From contig CAZXZF010000002.1 in the NCBI GenBank assembly GCA_964645095.1, forward strand, positions 1 to 43,784: 43,784 nt of DNA, in the 5' to 3' direction. Source of the stretch: an uncultured Desulfocurvus sp. GTDB taxonomy: Bacteria > Desulfobacterota > Desulfovibrionia > Desulfovibrionales > Desulfovibrionaceae. Position numbers and translations under genes: made by a program. This document shows positions 37,660-43,784 of the stretch, piece by piece (the stretch's first letter is position 1; each line of letters begins with the position of its first letter). The notes beneath the pieces were generated by a model that was not told the origin of the DNA, made no database searches, and saw only the letters and a program-made list of their open reading frames with translations.

Positions 37660-37715
37660 TGTGTTCTGCCCTACATGCGTCCAGCGTTGCGGCTCTGGTT
37701 CAGGGGGCGCGCCTT

Positions 37716-40091
37716 CTAGCCCAGGATGGAGCCGGTGTAGGCCGTGGTGTAGGCAAAGCTTAAGTGCCTGCCGTCGCGGTGAAAGATCTTGCCGTTGGGC
37801 CCGCGTGACCCGCAGGTGAGCAGCAGAAGCGTCATGCTCACCACAGAGTACGGGCTGACAGTGGAGCCTTGGTTCATCTCGGTTCTGGCCTCGCCTGGCA
37901 CCAGCAGGTTGATCTGAGGGTTGGTGTCGGGATACTTCTGGGCGAATTCGGCGGCCAGGGAAGCCATGAGACTGTTTAGCGCCGTCTTGGAGACGTTGTA
38001 GGGCCCGTGGCCCACACTGGAGGCCCAGCCGGCCTCGGAGCCCAGGAACAGCGCGCGGGGCGAGCCGCTCTGCGCCAGGATGCCCGCCGCCTCGCGGGTA
38101 AGCAGCCAGCCCGCAGTGACGTTGGTCCTTTGGATTGCGTCCCAGTCCTTGAGCGGCATCTCCAGCAGCGGATGCCGGTAGCCAGGCTGCGGCAGGGCCG
38201 CGCAGTGCACGAGGCCATGGAGCTCCGGGCTGTCGGCGCGTAGCTGGGCCACCGCCCGGCGCACGGCATCCTCGTCGGCGACGTCCAGCGCCAGGGGCGT
38301 AATGAGCAAGGTCTTCATGGTGAAGCTTCGTGCCTCTTTGGCGCAATCCTCGAGCTTGTCCGGGCGGCGGCCGGAAATGATCACCTTGGCCCCCGCCAGG
38401 GCCAGGGCCACGGCGATGCAGCGGCCATAGCCCGTGCCTGCGCCCGTGACCCATATGGTTTTGCCCGCAAGGGACCCCCAGCGCTCCTCGGGCAGCCCGA
38501 AGCGGTGCTGCTCCCACAGTTCTGGGGTGGCGGCTTGCATTACGCCCAGGGTATTGGCTTGGAAGGGCACCTGGGGAGAACACTGTGGACCGTAGCCCAA
38601 GGCGCGCTTGGTCAGCTGCTTGGCCATTCTCAAAGCCTTGCGAAGCGAGTTGAGATGATGGCCTATGGTGGCTTGCCATATACCGCCCTGGAGTTCCGCC
38701 ACCAGTCCGGTGTTGTCGGCATTGTTTAGCTCAAGGGCCATGCGGAAGTCCTGAGTCGCTTCCTTTCTCCGGTCCATGGCAAGGTTCGCCCAAGCCCTCC
38801 CCCGCAAGGCTTCAAGCTGGATGTCTGGGAAACACAGCTTCCCACCCTGTAGCGCGGAGTCAAACCAGGACAGCGCTGCCTCGTGTTGGCCGCGGGTTTG
38901 AAGTATCCAGCCGGAGGTGCTGCACGCCACGCGGGTGTCGGGGGCAAGCAGTAAGGCCTTTTGGAGGAGTTCCCAAGCCTCTTCGGTGCGGCCGGTAATG
39001 TGCAGCGCGCGGCCGATCTCGGCCATGAAGTCCGGGGACTCCGGCTTCTGCTCAAGCTGTCTGTACAGCTGCACCGTCTCCTCCCAGCGTGATCCGTAGT
39101 AGGCTTGGCGGCACAGGGACAGTAGTTTTTTTTCCGGGGAGCACTGCCATGAGTTGATGGCCTCGGGCACCAGGAGAAGATCCGTGAGCACCTCGATGGT
39201 CGGGCGCTCTTCGGGGTTGAGACGCAGGCGGTTGATGGCGTGGTTCTCCACAAAGGGCAGGACGCGGCCCGTGTCCCGGGCCTTGAGCGCCCTGGTAGAG
39301 TTGTTGCGTCCGTCATGCGGGCCTATGTAATTGTTCACCCCGTCCGTGCCCGGGTGCCAGCAGTGGTAAATGAACTCCGTGGGATGCCACACTTCGCGCT
39401 TGCCCGCGTTCACCAGGCGAAATGTCAGGTCATAGGGGCCGCAGACATGGCCCATGTAGTCCAGGTGCTCATCCGCCCCGCCGATGCTCAGCACCGCGTC
39501 ACGCTTAGCGCAGAGGCAGGCCCCGTAGTTCCTGGTGTACATGGGGGTTTTGTCATCCAGCAGGCCCTTGGTGCCGCACCCGACCCAGTTGAGGCAGTCC
39601 GTGCCCAGCACCTCTTGCACGGTGGGGTAGCTGAAAGGATAATACGCCTTGTTGACGTTGCGCACCTCGTCGAAGTGCAGGGCGATGTTCTGGTTGGCCT
39701 CAAAAGTGGAGAGGATGGTCTTGATGAAGTCTTCGCCCATGAAGGCGTCGGAATCCATGAAGCAGACGATGTCGCCACGCGCAGCCGCGATGCCCACGTT
39801 GTACATGGCGTGCTTGTGGTAGTAATAGTTTTCCGGCACATTCATGACGATCCACTGGTCGATTATGGGCGTGCTGTCTGGCGATGTCTTTTCGATGAGC
39901 CCAGCAATCTCCGCAGGCTTTCGATTGTAGAACTCGATCCAGATGATCTCAAACGTGTGCCGGGGGACGGTCTGCTTTTCCAGATAACTGAAGATGTGAA
40001 AGCTCTCGCGGCAGGACCAGTCTAGCAGGATCAGAGAGATTGCGGGCTTCTCGTTCTTTGACTTGTATATTGTCTCAATGGTGCTTGACAT
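37716..40091 (-). CDS. Fusion protein: GT-A (GT2-like) domain, TPR-like repeats, classical SDR oxidoreductase
   Basis: N-terminal 'YNVGI..ARGDIVCFMDSD' and 'IGGADE'. Helical TPR-like middle ('GRALHITGRTEEAWELLQKAL.L.P'). C-terminal 'VTGAGTGYG', 'HCAA', 'YNVSK', 'PG...TEM'. Confidence 0.8.
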   Translation of the reverse strand: MSSTIETIYKSKNEKPAISLILLDWSCRESFHIFSYLEKQTVPRHTFEIIWIEFYNRKPAEIAGLIEKTSPDSTPIIDQWIVMNVPENYYYHKHAMYNVGIAAARGDIVCFMDSDAFMGEDFIKTILSTFEANQNIALHFDEVRNVNKAYYPFSYPTVQEVLGTDCLNWVGCGTKGLLDDKTPMYTRNYGACLCAKRDAVLSIGGADEHLDYMGHVCGPYDLTFRLVNAGKREVWHPTEFIYHCWHPGTDGVNNYIGPHDGRNNSTRALKARDTGRVLPFVENHAINRLRLNPEERPTIEVLTDLLLVPEAINSWQCSPEKKLLSLCRQAYYGSRWEETVQLYRQLEQKPESPDFMAEIGRALHITGRTEEAWELLQKALLLAPDTRVACSTSGWILQTRGQHEAALSWFDSALQGGKLCFPDIQLEALRGRAWANLAMDRRKEATQDFRMALELNNADNTGLVAELQGGIWQATIGHHLNSLRKALRMAKQLTKRALGYGPQCSPQVPFQANTLGVMQAATPELWEQHRFGLPEERWGSLAGKTIWVTGAGTGYGRCIAVALALAGAKVIISGRRPDKLEDCAKEARSFTMKTLLITPLALDVADEDAVRRAVAQLRADSPELHGLVHCAALPQPGYRHPLLEMPLKDWDAIQRTNVTAGWLLTREAAGILAQSGSPRALFLGSEAGWASSVGHGPYNVSKTALNSLMASLAAEFAQKYPDTNPQINLLVPGEARTEMNQGSTVSPYSVVSMTLLLLTCGSRGPNGKIFHRDGRHLSFAYTTAYTGSILG

Positions 40092-41181
40092 CGTTGGTAC
40101 CAGTCTCAGCGTTTGTTGCTTTGTTGGGGTGGAATCCTTCAGAGTGTGTGCGCAAGCAGCCGCGCAGCCATCTGTATGTGCTCCGCACGAGGGGGATTCC
40201 TCTCAAAGTCGCCTTTGTCAACGTGAAAAGCAATATGCACCAAAGGCTTGCCAGGCACATGTTGCTGAATCCATTTGGGCCGGTATAGCAGGAGTATTCG
40301 ACCTCGAATTTCGTCCCTATTTTGCGGCGAGCCATGCGCCGCCGCCAGATTTCGCGGTTTTCCCTCAGCGGTGCTATGCGGCCTGTGGAAAAGGCCTCAA
40401 CGGCCTTCAGGGCGTGCCCGTTGATGTGCGGATGTCGTGTTTCCGCCCAGATCTTGAAGGAAAAACGGTCGCCCAGTGTATGCGGCGGATCGGGATGGGC
40501 AAAGTGCCAGAGGGCCACCTCCGGGTCATGCCACACCTCTGGCACGCCCGCGTTGACCATGCGCCAACCGAGTTCGTATGGCCCACACATGTATCCCCGG
40601 TAGCTGGCGTGCTCGTCGAGCCCGCCGTAGCGAATGAAGTCGCTCATGCGGATGGTCATGCAGGCTCCGACATTGGGCCACAACTCCATCCACTTGAAGC
40701 CGGAGAGCTGCGACATCTGCGTGATCCCGCCGGGGTAGGTGGACAGGGTGCGCCACTCGTAGTGCATGAGCACCAACGGTCTCGGGAAAGTTTTTGCGGA
40801 GCACTCGAAATTCTTCAGGATCGAGGCGACAAAATCCGGGTGGTAGATGGCATCGGAGTCGGAAAACGTGACCAGTTCGCCGCGAGCGTGCATCGCAGCG
40901 TCGTTCCAGGCTGCGTGCTTGTGGTAAATGCCGCGCTGGTGGCAGAGAATGTGCTGGTCGACTTTATCGGCGATGGAATCAAGAGCCCGGTCATGCGCTT
41001 CGACCCAGATGATTTCGTAGAGGCTGCGATCGACGGTCTGATTGTTCAGCCAGTCTAAGGCGTGGAAGTTCTCACGCACGGACCAGTCCAGCAGGATGAT
41101 GCTCAACATTGGTCGCGCCGCCGATTCTTCAGTTTTTTTAAATATGGTAATATTGGGGCGCCTGTTTGACATTGAAAGCAT
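40075..41181 (-). CDS. GT-A (GT2-like) glycosyltransferase, paralogue of the downstream fusion's N-terminal domain
   Basis: 'LSIILLDWS', 'ARGELVTFSDSD', 'YGGLDE'. GAGGAG upstream; alternative ATG at 41172. Confidence 0.78.
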   Translation of the reverse strand: MLSMSNRRPNITIFKKTEESAARPMLSIILLDWSVRENFHALDWLNNQTVDRSLYEIIWVEAHDRALDSIADKVDQHILCHQRGIYHKHAAWNDAAMHARGELVTFSDSDAIYHPDFVASILKNFECSAKTFPRPLVLMHYEWRTLSTYPGGITQMSQLSGFKWMELWPNVGACMTIRMSDFIRYGGLDEHASYRGYMCGPYELGWRMVNAGVPEVWHDPEVALWHFAHPDPPHTLGDRFSFKIWAETRHPHINGHALKAVEAFSTGRIAPLRENREIWRRRMARRKIGTKFEVEYSCYTGPNGFSNMCLASLWCILLFTLTKATLRGIPLVRSTYRWLRGCLRTHSEGFHPNKATNAETGTNDVKHH

Positions 41182-42618
<1,437 letters not shown>

Positions 42619-42634
42619 GCAAGGGCGCAGAGGC

Positions 42635-43784
42635 TTGAAGGGCGTTACAGCTTACATCCTGGCGGGCGGGTTCGGTACCCGCCTGCGCCAGGTCGTTTCC
42701 GACCGGCCCAAGGTCATGGCCGAGGTTCTGGGCCGCCCCTTCCTGTTTCACATCCTGGACCGCCTGGCGCGGCTCGGCATCGCCAAGGCCGTGATCTGCA
42801 CCGGCTACATGGCCGGGCAGCTCGAAGCCGCTGTGGGCCCCACGTACCGGGGCCTGGAGCTGTGCTTCTCGCGCGAGGACACGCCGCTCGGCACCGGCGG
42901 GGCACTGCGGCTGGCCATGAGCAGGCATCCCGCCGAGCTGGCTTTGGCCCTCAACGGCGACTCCCTGGTGGAGGCCGATCTGGCCGCCTATCTGGACTGG
43001 TACGGCCAGTGCGGCTTCCAGGCGGCCCTGCTGCTGGTCCCGGTGGACGAGAGCGACCGCTTCGGCCGGGTTGAGGTGGACGGTGGCATGGACTCTCAGG
43101 GCAGGGTGCTGGCCTTCCGCGAAAAGGGCTTGGCTGGCCCGGGCCTCATCAACGCAGGGGTCTATCTGCTGCGCCCGGAGGCGCTCTCCGGCATCGAGCC
43201 CGGCGCAAGCGCCTCCATCGAGACCGACGTGTTCCCGCAGCTCGCACAGGCCGGAAGCCTCGGCGGGTTCCAGGTCCAGGGCCGGTTCCTGGACATCGGC
43301 ACGCCGGAGTCCTACATCGCCGCTGGCCGCTTTCTGCGCGAGACCGGGCACGGGGCAGGGCAGGGCGGAGCGCGCGGCGCCGTATTCCTGGACCGCGACG
43401 GCACGGTCATCGCCGAACGCCACTACCTGCACGATCCGGCAGGGGTGGAGCTTTTGCCCGGCGCTGCCGAGGGTCTGCGCCGCATGCAGGCGCTCGGCCT
43501 TTGGCTGGTGCTGGTGACCAACCAGTCCGGCGTGGGCCGCGGCTACTTTGGCCGCGACGCCCTGGAACGCGTGCACGGGCGGCTGCTGGAGCTGCTGGAG
43601 CGCGAGGGCGTGGACCTGGACGCCATCTATCTGTGCCCGCACACGCCGGAGGAGGCCTGTTCCTGCCGCAAGCCGCTGCCTGGGCTCATTCAGCGCGCAG
43701 TGGCCGATCTTGGAATTGATCCGGCCCAAAGCTTTGTCATTGGCGACAAGGCTTGCGATGTGGACCTTGGTCTGGTAGTAAGCG
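42635..43784 (+). CDS. Sugar-phosphate nucleotidyltransferase (HddC-like) fused to a GmhB-like heptose bisphosphate phosphatase; truncated at the window end
   Basis: Manual translation from the TTG at 42635: 'ILAGGFGTRL..SDRPK', 'LGTGGAL', 'LNGDS', 'FLDIGTPE'. Continues in the same frame with 'VFLDRDGT', 'VTNQSG', 'CPH....C.CRKP', 'IGD...D'. Absent from the ORF track because there is no stop in the window. Confidence 0.9.
   Translation, partial: MKGVTAYILAGGFGTRLRQVVSDRPKVMAEVLGRPFLFHILDRLARLGIAKAVICTGYMAGQLEAAVGPTYRGLELCFSREDTPLGTGGALRLAMSRHPAELALALNGDSLVEADLAAYLDWYGQCGFQAALLLVPVDESDRFGRVEVDGGMDSQGRVLAFREKGLAGPGLINAGVYLLRPEALSGIEPGASASIETDVFPQLAQAGSLGGFQVQGRFLDIGTPESYIAAGRFLRETGHGAGQGGARGAVFLDRDGTVIAERHYLHDPAGVELLPGAAEGLRRMQALGLWLVLVTNQSGVGRGYFGRDALERVHGRLLELLEREGVDLDAIYLCPHTPEEACSCRKPLPGLIQRAVADLGIDPAQSFVIGDKACDVDLGLVVS

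Noticed and set aside
37660-38679. 710-aa ORF 36547..38679 taken as one large protein
   Set aside because: The first 340 codons are an alternate frame overlapping the SDR domain of 37716..40091 and are Arg/Gly/Pro-rich noise. GT4 similarity begins at the GTG at 37659.
40063-41058. 331-aa plus-strand ORF
   Set aside because: Antisense to the GT-A gene, whose paralogy with its neighbour confirms the minus strand.

Overview
High-GC bacterial window; a Desulfovibrionales-like deltaproteobacterium is my inference from style only. It is almost entirely a cell-envelope glycoconjugate locus, with nearly all genes on the minus strand. The centrepiece (33.1 to 10.8 kb) is a co-oriented, largely translationally coupled gene run. 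It encodes a 2448-aa single-module type I FAS/PKS (pseudo-ER, FabK-like ER, KS, AT, ACP, KR, DH; no thioesterase) and a PPTase. It also encodes homologues of all three bacterial ceramide enzymes (bCerS-like N-acyltransferase, CerR-like reductase, Spt-like alpha-oxoamine synthase), glycosyltransferases, a deacetylase, GtrA/GtrB, a UPF0104 membrane protein and a MacAB-TolC-type exporter whose TolC gene carries a C12 homopolymer. I read this as a candidate PKS-fed (glyco)sphingolipid synthesis and export system. Downstream lie a UDP-glucuronate decarboxylase, an AT-rich YfhO-like GT-C gene and a radical SAM/GT2/UPF0104/AsnB/GNAT/radical SAM cassette. Upstream lie a WbaP-like priming transferase, metK, a GT4, two paralogous GT-A proteins (one fused to TPR and SDR domains) and a divergent epimerase plus an HddC-GmhB fusion. 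No RNA genes, CRISPR arrays or mobile elements were recognised. All family calls come from motif recognition by eye, not from database searches.
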